Shown here one piece after another: positions 8,139 to 18,400 of a stretch of DNA of 64,000 nucleotides. The notes under the pieces were generated by a model. It saw nothing but the letters and a program-made list of their open reading frames with translations. It did not search any database and was not told where the DNA came from. Origin of the DNA: Patescibacteria group bacterium (GTDB lineage: Bacteria > Patescibacteriota > Patescibacteriia > UBA1558 > GWA2-36-10); contig JAQUKX010000002.1 of assembly GCA_028718865.1 (NCBI GenBank), positions 8,047 to 72,046 of the forward strand. Reading direction: 5' to 3'. The position numbers and the translations under genes are program-made. Each line of letters starts with the position of its first letter. Position 1 is the first letter of the stretch.

Positions 8139-11100
8139 CCTTTAATCAGAGATTTTTTTCCTGCAAAAATCTCTTTCATAGCCTTAATTCCTTTTATTTT
8201 TAGATCCCATTTATTATCACCATTGGTGTCTATATAAAAAGACTCGCTGCCTCGGCCAAAAGCTCCGCCAAAAGCATCTACCCGCTTGACTATGGCGTAT
8301 TGGCCATTGACATTGATAGTTACTAGCTCGCTGTCTCGACCAGTGCCAAATCTCTCTGCCATAGTATCAAAATCTTTAGCCGTATGACTGTCAAAAGAAG
8401 CTAGCATTTTATCCATAGTTATTTCCGGCGATTTTATTTCTTCAGTCGTCAATACTCTCTTTAGCTCAAACAGAAAAATATCCCTTTTATTATCACTCAA
8501 ATCATTGTCTTGAAAATAATCTCTGACAAAAGCGCTAGCTTGTTCATTTTCTCCTTTGGCCAAAATACTTCTAAATAACTCGTCCAACTGGCCTTGTTCT
8601 TTGGCCACGGCAAATAAATCGCTACTGTAGCTGCCTTCTCCTTTACTAATTAAAGCTTCTATTTTTTCTAGGCGCGCTTGTCTGGCAATTTCCGCTGCAT
8701 CCGGCGCTTCCGGCGCAGGGGCTTGGCTTATATTTTTTTCCGCCAAAAAATCGGACAATTTTTCGGAGCTCATTTCCTGATGACTGCCATCTGGAGAAAT
8801 TACATCCGGACGACCGTCTCTGTCCCAATCATAAATTTTATAAACCCCCTCTTCGGTTTTTACTTCCAAATACTGATCGCCAGTACTAGTATCTATTTTC
8901 AATTCATGTTCAACTCCTTCTGCAAAAGAAGTCTGTTCAAACATTTTACCAACATTGGTATCTGACAAATGACCAGCTTCAATACCTGAACTAGCTTCAA
9001 ATATTAATTTTGGCTCGCCGTCTACAAGTTCTACTTTAACTGTATCGCCGTCATGAACCAAATCTGCCAGATTACCTCCTTGTTCTTGATTGAGAGCCGC
9101 CACTGCATTGGCCGTTTGATTTTCCGCCCATTTGGCCAAAGCCTCGCTATCTTCCAAGTCCCCTGTGTATCCAAGGCCTTGGGCATTTTCTCTAAAAAGC
9201 GTCCGAGCTGAACGCCAAATTGAATCTGCCCCCCTGACTTGAGAAGAATCTATTTTTTTCTCAAAAGATACTGTCTTAGGTTGTTCAACAACTGAAGAAT
9301 CAGCTGTTTGAGCCTCGCTTGTCTTAATAGCTTCCGCAGTAGCACTGCTCTGGACTTCCTCAGAAGAATCTATTTGCATATCCTCCAATATCTGCGTTTT
9401 TTCAGGTATAACGGGCTTGGTTGATTCTGCTGCGGCTGTTGCCATTTTCAAATCAGGTTTTTGCATATCAGCGCTATCAAGTTTGGCAAAAGATAAATCA
9501 TCCGCTGCTTCTGTTGAAGAACTGGTTGTCGTACCTTCAACTGCATCTTGGGATAGAGTTGCCGCCAAATCCTCTGCTCCGCCTGCCATTCTCTCTCTCA
9601 AATCATCAAGTAGCTTACCAATAGGTAAAGTTTCTCCTTGGAGGGCAAAATAAGCGATGCCAGCCGCTCTAGCCAAAGTACCTATCGCCTCAAGGCGATC
9701 CATGGTTTTATGACGACTTTCTTTGGTTTTGCCTTTACCGGACAAAGCTCTAAAAGTTTCTCTAGTGGAATTAGCTAATAAGTCTCTCAAAATAAACTTG
9801 TTTTTCGATTCTTTAGCCTCATCACCACCTCTTCCAACTGAAGCTTCTTTTTTATAACTAACAGAGGCCTTCTGGCTCCTCTCTATCATTGAGGCCAAAA
9901 GATAAGAACCTCCTCTTAACATGCCAAAACCAGCTTGCATTAAAACCAAATTAGCAGCATCTTTAGCTATCTTTACTCCTTTAATTTTGTTTTGGATATA
10001 AAGATCAAGTTCTTCCTGAACCCTGGCTTTTTTTTCTTCTTCCAAATCAGCAGATTTTTCCTGATATTTCTGATCTAAAGATTCTAAACGATCCAACAAA
10101 ACCTGCTTTTCCTCTGGAGAAATATTTTTTGAGTCTTCAATTACTTGTTTTACTCTATCTTTTTCGCCTTTGACCAAAGACTCTTTGACTATTCTTTTTT
10201 CTTTCTTTATTTCGGTTTTTTGTCTTAGATAATTATAAATATCACCTTTACCAACAAAAACTCCTAAAACAACATCGCCGGCAAATTTATAGCCAGAAAT
10301 AGCACCAATAGTATCATAAATCGCTTTAACCGCTACTCGCCTTTGTTCTGAATTAGAAAAAACTTCTTTAAAGTTTTTTAAATTAAAACCCTTTCTTCTT
10401 TTCTTTTCTGACTTTCCTTCATTCTCTAAGATTTCTTCAGATGTTTCTTTTTCAAATTCCTCATCTTCTTTTTCTTTTATGAGCTCTAACTTCGCATCAA
10501 GTTCCAAAACGCTATCTTCTATTTCTTTTTTCCTTTGCTCAAAATTTAATTCGTCATCAACAAGTATCTGTCCTATTTTATTTTTAAATATTGTTAAAAT
10601 ATTATCCAATTCTCCCCACTTTTCTTTGGGCTCAATCAAGTCCCCTGCTCCGTCATCAACAAAAGGAGTCGCTTCTCTTATTTCTTTTATTTTTTTCTCA
10701 GCCTCAGAAATTATATCAGCAGCCAAAGTTTCCAATTGCCCCTGATTAAAATCCTCTACTTCTTCTGACACAGAATCAGCTGAAATCGGTTGTTCCGAGA
10801 CAATATTCTCTTTGTTGTCAGCTTCCGACGCTTTATCTTCAACCACATCCTCAGGACCGATTTCTATTTCTTCAGGTTTTTCTAAAATATTTTCATCATT
10901 AGTTTCTTTTGTTTTTTCTGCCTCAGCTTGATTAGCAGACTTACTACTCCTATACTCCGCAGACAATTTATCGACTTCGGCCAATGTTTTTTGAAAATGT
11001 TTTTCCATCATATCCACTTTGGCCTGATAATCAAATCCTTCCATGTCATTGACAGCCATATCTTTGCAAAAAAACCAAAATTCTTGGGGCACTCCATTCA

Positions 11101-11815
11101 ATTTATTCTTTAGCCAATCGCCTTCTTCATTTTTAAGAGATCCGATTATATCCGCAATTTTGGCTTGCAACCTAGCAGAATACTCCTGAGCTTTTTTGTA
11201 TTCAGGGGTATTTTTTTGTTCAACTGACAGTCGACCAGCTGATTCTATCCCAGCCTCTACTGCTAAAGATTTTTTTGTACTAAATCCTTGTCCCCGCTGC
11301 TTGTCTTTTTCTTTTACAGGTAAAGCGTCTCGAATGATACTTGCCTCTTTTTTGTCTTGTCTTGGTAAAGTGGTCCTTGCTACTTGCTCTGTATCCGATC
11401 CATCAATTCTACTTGGACTGATTACTTCAGTTGAAGCCAAAGTAACAGTAGATTTTTCTTTCTCCGTAAAACTATGCAAACCAACTTCCTCGGCTTTCAA
11501 TCTACTCTCGATATTATCAATTTCCCTTTCACTATCCTTTGCCAAATTTTCAATAGCTGATTTTTTCTGATCTTCGGGGAACAAGACTTCTTCAGCCTGT
11601 AATATACCACGAACATTAACTTCAAAATCTGCCAGTATCTGCTCAATTTGAGCTATTTCTTGACCAAGATCTTTCTCCTTATTCGAACGCCACAACTCTT
11701 TCAAATTATTTACTCTGGCTGTAAGTTCAGCAATTTTACGATTGGCAAAAGTCTCTAAATCATCTTTGGATTCCAAAAATTCTTGGCCCATTATATGCTC
11801 ATTTTTATCCGACAT
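8135..11815 (-). CDS. giant (1226 aa) Glu/Lys-rich coiled-coil protein, unknown function
   Basis: Long uninterrupted ORF, low complexity, no recognisable catalytic motif. Preceded without a gap by two small ORFs. Confidence 0.7.
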   Translation of the reverse strand: MSDKNEHIMGQEFLESKDDLETFANRKIAELTARVNNLKELWRSNKEKDLGQEIAQIEQILADFEVNVRGILQAEEVLFPEDQKKSAIENLAKDSEREIDNIESRLKAEEVGLHSFTEKEKSTVTLASTEVISPSRIDGSDTEQVARTTLPRQDKKEASIIRDALPVKEKDKQRGQGFSTKKSLAVEAGIESAGRLSVEQKNTPEYKKAQEYSARLQAKIADIIGSLKNEEGDWLKNKLNGVPQEFWFFCKDMAVNDMEGFDYQAKVDMMEKHFQKTLAEVDKLSAEYRSSKSANQAEAEKTKETNDENILEKPEEIEIGPEDVVEDKASEADNKENIVSEQPISADSVSEEVEDFNQGQLETLAADIISEAEKKIKEIREATPFVDDGAGDLIEPKEKWGELDNILTIFKNKIGQILVDDELNFEQRKKEIEDSVLELDAKLELIKEKEDEEFEKETSEEILENEGKSEKKRRKGFNLKNFKEVFSNSEQRRVAVKAIYDTIGAISGYKFAGDVVLGVFVGKGDIYNYLRQKTEIKKEKRIVKESLVKGEKDRVKQVIEDSKNISPEEKQVLLDRLESLDQKYQEKSADLEEEKKARVQEELDLYIQNKIKGVKIAKDAANLVLMQAGFGMLRGGSYLLASMIERSQKASVSYKKEASVGRGGDEAKESKNKFILRDLLANSTRETFRALSGKGKTKESRHKTMDRLEAIGTLARAAGIAYFALQGETLPIGKLLDDLRERMAGGAEDLAATLSQDAVEGTTTSSSTEAADDLSFAKLDSADMQKPDLKMATAAAESTKPVIPEKTQILEDMQIDSSEEVQSSATAEAIKTSEAQTADSSVVEQPKTVSFEKKIDSSQVRGADSIWRSARTLFRENAQGLGYTGDLEDSEALAKWAENQTANAVAALNQEQGGNLADLVHDGDTVKVELVDGEPKLIFEASSGIEAGHLSDTNVGKMFEQTSFAEGVEHELKIDTSTGDQYLEVKTEEGVYKIYDWDRDGRPDVISPDGSHQEMSSEKLSDFLAEKNISQAPAPEAPDAAEIARQARLEKIEALISKGEGSYSSDLFAVAKEQGQLDELFRSILAKGENEQASAFVRDYFQDNDLSDNKRDIFLFELKRVLTTEEIKSPEITMDKMLASFDSHTAKDFDTMAERFGTGRDSELVTINVNGQYAIVKRVDAFGGAFGRGSESFYIDTNGDNKWDLKIKGIKAMKEIFAGKKSLIKG

Positions 11816-11820
11816 AATAT

Positions 11821-11997
11821 TTAAAATTGAGTATTAATTTTATCTAAAATGGCATCAATCTCATCTTTTTCCCTAGAGTCAATACGTTTTTTTATCTTTA
11901 AATCAACACTTTTTTCCACTTTATCTATCTTAGCCAAAGCTTCTTGGTAAGCTGTTTCTATCAGTTGTTTGGTGTTTTGATTTTTTTTGCCGTACAT
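11821..11997 (-). CDS. small protein (58 aa), possible operon partner of the giant protein
   Basis: ATG..TAA ORF sits in the 185-nt gap: 2 nt from the downstream start and 2 nt from the upstream stop. Below the ORF-track length cutoff. Confidence 0.35.
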   Translation of the reverse strand: MYGKKNQNTKQLIETAYQEALAKIDKVEKSVDLKIKKRIDSREKDEIDAILDKINTQF

Positions 11998-11999
11998 AA

Positions 12000-12326
12000 T
12001 TATAAATTATCAGTCAGCTTTTTCATTTTTTCAATAGTATCATTATCCAAATCCGCTTGCTTTTCTTGATACTCACTTTCTATAGCAGTCAAATTTTTTT
12101 TAAAATCACTATCGGTCTGACCAGTTTCTTGACTTAGATGCTGTGCTTCCAAAATATCTAGCAACTCTTCTACTTGCTCCAAAGACATTTCTGGTAAAAG
12201 TGCCAACCAAGCTTCTTTTTGCTCTTGAGGCATCTTGGACTGAGAAAGAAAAAAAGCTAGCTTTTGTCCTTTGTCTTTTGCTAGCTCTTCTAGTTTTTTT
12301 TGCTCTGAATTTTCCATTTTAATCAA
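12000..12326 (-). CDS. hypothetical acidic protein (108 aa)
   Basis: ORF track. First gene after a strong terminator, heading the 12326..8135 gene string. Confidence 0.5.
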   Translation of the reverse strand: MIKMENSEQKKLEELAKDKGQKLAFFLSQSKMPQEQKEAWLALLPEMSLEQVEELLDILEAQHLSQETGQTDSDFKKNLTAIESEYQEKQADLDNDTIEKMKKLTDNL

Positions 12327-12360
12327 AATTACTGCTTATTTCACTGCTTTTATTATAATA

Positions 12361-12432
12361 TAAAATAGCAAAAAAAGAAAATACCGCCGGCGCTTTTCGT
12401 CAAGATGTGTCTTGACTTAAGCGCCGGCGGCG
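12361..12432 (-). terminator. long GC-rich perfect hairpin terminator (nested palindromes) with 3' U-tract
   Basis: ccgccggcgctt...aagcgccggcgg with inner gtcaaga/tcttgac. Followed on the minus strand by TATTTTCTTTTTTTGC. Confidence 0.7.
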
Positions 12433-12467
12433 TGTGTTTAGGGTTTTACCCCCTTTCTAGGTAGTGG

Positions 12468-14306
12468 TTACGACGTCGGCGGAGTTACACCACCGGTCTT
12501 GAAAATCTTGCCCAAGCTCTCCATGAGCTCAGGCGGCAGGGCGGCGAAGAAACGGTTTTGGCCCTCAAACAATTTAAGAGCCATGTGATACCTCATTGCC
12601 GCCTGCATATCACCGCCAAGAGCTGCGGCCAAAGGCTCTAGGGTAGAGAGAATGGCTTTGCCCTCTCCCTTAGCCTTTTGATCAACACCCTCTCCTTCCT
12701 GAAGCATCTGCAGCACCTTTGTCTGGGCTGCCTTGAGCTTCTCCTGAGCATCACGAATGGCCTCAGGAGGATTGATATCACCAGTCCGCAGCGAGTAGAC
12801 ATGAAATCCCAGGCTCTTCAAATCATCATAGACATATTGACGGAAGGAAACTGGTTTCCCGTCCATCAAAAATCTCTTATTTGAAGTGAGGAGCCGGGCG
12901 AACAAGGCCTGATCCATAGTCATACGACTAAGAAAACGGGCCAGAGCGGGCCACAAAGACCTCCGCTTGATGAGGTTCTCTTTGTCCTTCCTATCTTCGT
13001 CCTTGAGACGAAGAAAGTTCTCCTTGTCCTCTTTCCTGGGCCAGGTGAAGACCGACAGGTTGATTTCGACCTCCACTTCTGGACCGGCTTCTACGCTGAC
13101 CTTTTTACCGCCATCGCTGCCCTCGTATTTCATAATCCCAGAATCAAAATCGTCCGATTCGGGATAAGGAATGCGACTGGTCGGCAATTTCTCGCTCTTA
13201 AACGTGTCAAGTTCCCAAACTTCTTCCCTGAAGATATAGGCTCGCACTATTGCGCTCGGAAGCCAGACCGAGATCAGACTCAACCAAATGCCTTTACGGA
13301 AGCAATGGAGATCTTCTCCTTTCTTAATGAGGTAAACCTTCTGTGTCTTTCCATCTTCTTCTATGTCTTGCTCCAGCTCGAACATATCCTTCTTTTCCTC
13401 GCCCCAAAAATAGAAGATCGGGTCATAGACATCGCTGCCAAACCACTCATAGACCAAGCTATGAGCAGTGGGCAACTTGATCAATGCGGAAAGTAGATAG
13501 AGTACGATTACAACTAGTGGGGTAAGGATGATGCCAAGACCACCAAACATCGTCTTGGGAGAGACAATGCTGATGATAATGGTGAGGTTGAACAGAAGGA
13601 AGCAGATGAGAGGTGGATAGAAGAAAAGAAATTTGAAGGCGAATGGCTCCCTACTAATCGGATCTAGAGTTACTAGCCACTGCCCCTGCTTAATGGCCTG
13701 TATGATTCTGATGCTAGCCAAAACCGCAATCAGAATAACAGCAATGAGCTTCCCGATAGGGATATCAGGAGTCTCTACTGTCGTCCCAAAACTGAAGCCA
13801 ATCTTTCCCCTGATCACCGTGTACACCACGGCAATCAGAGCAACGCTAAGAAGTGCATTCCAGCGTCGACGCCGGAACCAGAAGATACCACCGACCCAAA
13901 GAGCCAGCAGCAGGGCTACCAAATCTTGCCAAATAGGCACTTCCTCCTTGGTCACCTTGCCGCCAGTGGTACTGGCGACAGCACCAGAAGTGGAATCAAT
14001 CACTTCCGATACAGTACCTGACCCGGACTTCAACCAGCTGGGCCAGCTTGGCTTGCCCAGCATTTCCGACAAGGGCAGATCCGCCATCAGAAAAATGAAG
14101 CAAATGCCCACGAAGGCGATGAAGCTCCAGCCCATCACCATGCCCCACTCGACATAGTGACGGTTCTTGCGTTCGTCCTTCTTGCGGTACATCAGGATGA
14201 AAAACCCGATCACCAAGAGAAGGAATAGGGGCCAGGTAGACCCCAGTTTGAAGATTTCAATGCCTTCACGCATGAAGGCAACGTCACTGTCGTGAATGAG
14301 CTTCAT
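12468..14306 (-). CDS. polytopic membrane protein (612 aa), GC-rich, possible SPFH-like C-terminal domain
   Basis: Multiple hydrophobic helices in the N-terminal half. C-terminal EAIRDAQEKLKAAQ...AEGE-like stretch. Composition much more GC-rich than neighbours. Confidence 0.7.
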   Translation of the reverse strand: MKLIHDSDVAFMREGIEIFKLGSTWPLFLLLVIGFFILMYRKKDERKNRHYVEWGMVMGWSFIAFVGICFIFLMADLPLSEMLGKPSWPSWLKSGSGTVSEVIDSTSGAVASTTGGKVTKEEVPIWQDLVALLLALWVGGIFWFRRRRWNALLSVALIAVVYTVIRGKIGFSFGTTVETPDIPIGKLIAVILIAVLASIRIIQAIKQGQWLVTLDPISREPFAFKFLFFYPPLICFLLFNLTIIISIVSPKTMFGGLGIILTPLVVIVLYLLSALIKLPTAHSLVYEWFGSDVYDPIFYFWGEEKKDMFELEQDIEEDGKTQKVYLIKKGEDLHCFRKGIWLSLISVWLPSAIVRAYIFREEVWELDTFKSEKLPTSRIPYPESDDFDSGIMKYEGSDGGKKVSVEAGPEVEVEINLSVFTWPRKEDKENFLRLKDEDRKDKENLIKRRSLWPALARFLSRMTMDQALFARLLTSNKRFLMDGKPVSFRQYVYDDLKSLGFHVYSLRTGDINPPEAIRDAQEKLKAAQTKVLQMLQEGEGVDQKAKGEGKAILSTLEPLAAALGGDMQAAMRYHMALKLFEGQNRFFAALPPELMESLGKIFKTGGVTPPTS

Positions 14307-14417
14307 TTCTGCCTGCCCTTCTCCGAACTTCAGCTCGGATTGCTTGTTTGTCTATCAACTAACTACCTAGAATGTCAATGTCCGTTTCCAAGGTCTAATT
14401 ACCTTAGATAACATAGA

Positions 14418-14446
14418 ATTATATCATATTTTCAATATATTGTCAA
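14418..14446 (-). promoter_or_regulatory. consensus sigma70 promoter (TTGACA-17-TATAAT) for the GC-rich membrane gene
   Basis: Read on the minus strand: TTGACAatatattgaaaatatgaTATAAT. AGCTA-N4-TAGCT inverted repeat just upstream. Confidence 0.5.
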
Positions 14447-14519
14447 TATAAAAATAAGCTAATTTTAGCTTTAAAATTAGCAAAAAAATAAATAGACTAA
14501 ATTAAAATTATTAACAAGA

Positions 14520-15380
14520 TTATTTTTGACAATTCAGACAAAAATGAGTACCTCTGCCAGCCAACTTGATTTTTTCTATTTTCCCCTGACAAGAAAAACA
14601 TTGCTCCCCTTTTCGCCCGTAAACTTTAAGATAAAAAGAAAAATTTCCTTTTTTATTTTCCACATCCCGATAATCACTAAAAGTCGTCCCCTTTTTAGCT
14701 ATTGCTTTTTTAATAATATAATCAGTGGCTTTAAAAATTTTCTTTAATTCTTTTTCCTTTAGCTTATCAGCGTTTCTATCTGGCCTTAGTCCGGCTCGGA
14801 AACAAATTTCATCAACATAAATATTACCTAAGCCCGCAATCAGTTTTTGATTTAGCAAAAGAGCTTTAAGTGGTGTTTTCCGGTCAATAAAAATTTTCCT
14901 AAAATTATTCCAAGTAAAATTTTTTTGTCCCGGCTCAATGCCAAATTTTGCTTCAATCAATCTCCTGTCTTTTTTCTTGATTAGTTGCAAATAACCAAAT
15001 TGACGCAAGTCATTATAAAAAAGGCGCGAGTCATCACTAAAACTAAAAATAACATGAGAAAATTTATTGGGTAGATTTTCACTTACAGGCGGCCAGTTGT
15101 GTCCGCCCGCCAACAAATCGTCCGTCGAAGAATAAATCAATTGCCCGGTCATTTTCAAATGCACTAAAAGCAACTTGTCCCCTTTTTTAAGCTCAAAAAT
15201 AAGTAGTTTGCCTATTCTGTCTATTTTACTAAAACTATTATTTTGCAAAACAGTTGTAAAAAGGCGATCAGTATTTCTGACCAAATTACTCTTTTTTATT
15301 TGCACACGGTTTATTTTTTTGCCTAGTATATTAGCTGACAAACCGCGGCGTATTGTTTCTACTTCTGGTAATTCTGGCAT
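14520..15380 (-). CDS. mutM: formamidopyrimidine-DNA glycosylase (Fpg/MutM)
   Basis: N-terminal MPELPEVE and C-terminal zinc finger CxxC...CxxC. Confidence 0.9.
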   Translation of the reverse strand: MPELPEVETIRRGLSANILGKKINRVQIKKSNLVRNTDRLFTTVLQNNSFSKIDRIGKLLIFELKKGDKLLLVHLKMTGQLIYSSTDDLLAGGHNWPPVSENLPNKFSHVIFSFSDDSRLFYNDLRQFGYLQLIKKKDRRLIEAKFGIEPGQKNFTWNNFRKIFIDRKTPLKALLLNQKLIAGLGNIYVDEICFRAGLRPDRNADKLKEKELKKIFKATDYIIKKAIAKKGTTFSDYRDVENKKGNFSFYLKVYGRKGEQCFSCQGKIEKIKLAGRGTHFCLNCQK

Positions 15381-15384
15381 ATAA

Positions 15385-15436
15385 AAGAATTATAAACAAA
15401 AGCCACCCGCCCGGCAAGCGCCGGGCGGGTGGCTAA
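15385..15436 (-). terminator. intrinsic terminator after the 1126-aa surface protein gene
   Basis: agccacccgcccgg...ccgggcgggtggct, then a T-rich run on the minus strand. Confidence 0.6.
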
Positions 15437-15471
15437 AAATCTGTATTAGCTGATTTTTATATTATCTGCTC

Positions 15472-18400
15472 TTAGTATTTGGCCAAAACCTCAAAACTGA
15501 CATCAATGATATTCTGGCCAGCATACTTCATCAACTCTTCCAAACTGCTGATATGATGTTTTTTACCTTCTTTTATCAGATAAACTTTTTTATCTGGGGA
15601 ACGCAATAAACTACCATCAGCATATTCTTTTACTCCTGAGACCTGACCAGTCCAATCTGGATAGATATCCATTACCCGATAATCAACATTATAAATTCTC
15701 TTTCCAGAGTAATATTTTTTCAAATATTCCAGAGTAGGAATATGCCATTTTTGTTGATCTCTAATGTCATAAACTGACATTTTTGGATCACACTCACTGC
15801 GGATAAGGGTGCCATTGGGAAAATGAAATACGCCTATAATATCTTTATCCACTCCTTGTGATCCGCTGGGATGAAGTACTGGCTGACAGGTCTTTTCGCC
15901 CAAAACCTGAGGAGGAATTGTCTCTTCTCCTTCTATCTTATCGCCGAGCACTTGGCCGCAGCTTTCAGCTGATGGGGTGGCAAAAGAAATAATCTGGCTG
16001 CTGGAAACTCCGCTTTCATACTGCGCCTGGCTTAATATTTGGTAATAATAAGTGGTGCCAAAAGCCAAGCCGCTTAATGTAAAGGAATGAGTAGTGTTGT
16101 ATTCACTATTTTTACTTTCACTACCCAAGGGCTCGCTTTGGCCGTATTTCAACCAAGTCAAAGAATTTCTATTGGTGTTCCAGTTGATAACCGTGGCTTC
16201 ACAGCTGACGTCTGCCAAAACACTGGAGATAATGGGCGGAGTTGTCGAACCGCCGCCACCGCTACCACCGGTAGGACCAACTGGATCCTGTGGATCTTGA
16301 GGATCTTCTGGATCCTCAGGATCAGTAGTACACGTTGGGAAAGGAGGCACATAATGGAGATAACAGGCATGGTTATCATTTTGCAACTGGGCAAACAAAG
16401 CCAAGTCGGTCAAATTGATATAACCGTCATTATTTAAGTCAAAAACATGAAAATAGTTATCGTCACCTTTGACTGAACCAAAGCTATCATTAATTCCCTG
16501 TTCTAGCCCACCGCACCAGCCAACATTAGGATCTTCACATTGGAAGTAGAATTCCTTAACCTCGCTGGTCATGTTTTCAAAATGCTGGTAACAATTTAAG
16601 TCGTTTCCCTCTAAATACAATTGGTAAGCTAAGTCTAAATCTAATGAATTAACAACTCCGTCGTTGTTAATATCAGATACATTGTTGTATCTTTCATCTA
16701 AAATATCTGAGCTAACTATACCCAAAAGAGCGCTGCACCAAGGAGCGTAAGGCTTTTCTGGATCATCAGGATTTCCACCTTGTTCACGTTCATTTACAAA
16801 GGTTAAGATATGGTAATTATTCTCTTGATTATAATCAACCATGAAATAACTTGGGTTGTTTGGCTCTACTTGAGTCCAACCGTCTTGCATGGTTTCGGTT
16901 CCTTTATAAACTCCGTAAGGCACATCAGTAAACAACACGCAGCCGTCATCACCTGTAATACCACTATAAACCATTCTGACTTCTATATCGTCCAGATAAC
17001 CGCCAAAAGAATTGCTGGTTCCCAAATCAGCAAATCTGATTTTGGTAGTTGCTCCTTGAGCAGTAAAATTGGCTTCATACAACTGCCAATCAGTTTCTGC
17101 TCCGCCAACAGCAGTAGCGCCGATAGTCTGACCCCACAAAAGATTGGCGCCAGCTAAGACCTCAATACCAATGGTATTATCACCAGCTGGTCTGCCAGGT
17201 CTTGGTGAATACCAGAATTTCAAATTATAATCTTCTCCGGCTACAGTACTAATGTTTTGGAAAATAACCGAGGAATTATTACTATCCAATTCTGCCAGCT
17301 GATTGCCTCCATGAGAAGCGCCAGCGGCATTGTTTTGGATTTCTAGACCATCACCTGATTCTACTTCCCAAGATGTCAAAGAAGCATTGGGATAAATAGC
17401 CCAGGTACCAGAAGCCAAAACCGGAGTTTCAAAACCGCCATTTACAATCAAATTAGCTCCAGACAAATTCATTTGCCAACCTGACAAAGGATTTTGTTCT
17501 GTGTCCATTTTACACATTTTAATGCCAGTTGGATCTTCTGGCTCCTCACCTTCTTTTAAGGCGTTTATCGCCACACAATAGTAAGTAGTGTCAGAGGCAA
17601 TATCTATCCATTCAGCATTGTCATAATTCAAGACATCGCTATGGCACCAAAACTCCGCACTGACATCGCTGCCTGGGGCACTAGGATATTCATCTGAAGG
17701 AAAGGAAAAAGGAATATAAGCTTCTTGCAATACCTCTCTAAACCATAATCTACTAGGCATATCTTCAGTAGCCACCTGCACTTGGGCTGGCTGGCCGCTA
17801 GGACCGGTCTGAGTGTCAAAATCATACCAGCCAGCATTTACATGCTTGCCGACAAAATTTCCTGGGAGACCAAGCAAGCTATCGTTTTTACCCCACTGAA
17901 ATTCCCAATTCTCTTGAAATCGGCATTTGCCGTCAGAGTTATCTACAATTTGCTGGGCAGTAGTAGCTGTGATATTAGCTCCACTGCTTAGGTTAGGCAG
18001 GTCTTCTTCGCTGTCACAGACTATTTTGTGAGCCAAAATAGTGGTAGTAGGCACCTGCGGTTCATCACACTGAACCGTCAAGGAAACTGTATTACCTGGA
18101 ACATTGGTAGTCGGGTGGTTGTTATTTTTTTTGTAACGAGCTGTTACGGAAAAATAATAAGTCTGTCCGCACTCTAAATTACCGCCAAAATCTCCTCCAT
18201 TATAATTAGCGTTGGACTTAGGAACTACTCTTGATTTCTCATTTTTATTTGTAATCGCTGGCGGCATATAACCGTCATCTGGATAAGACAGAGTGTCCGG
18301 ACTAGGGTCAGTCTCGGAAACAATCACCTTATACTGATAAAAATGATTATGAGAGCTTATATCCCAACTAACTAAGACATCGCCGTTTTGGTCAAACTGG

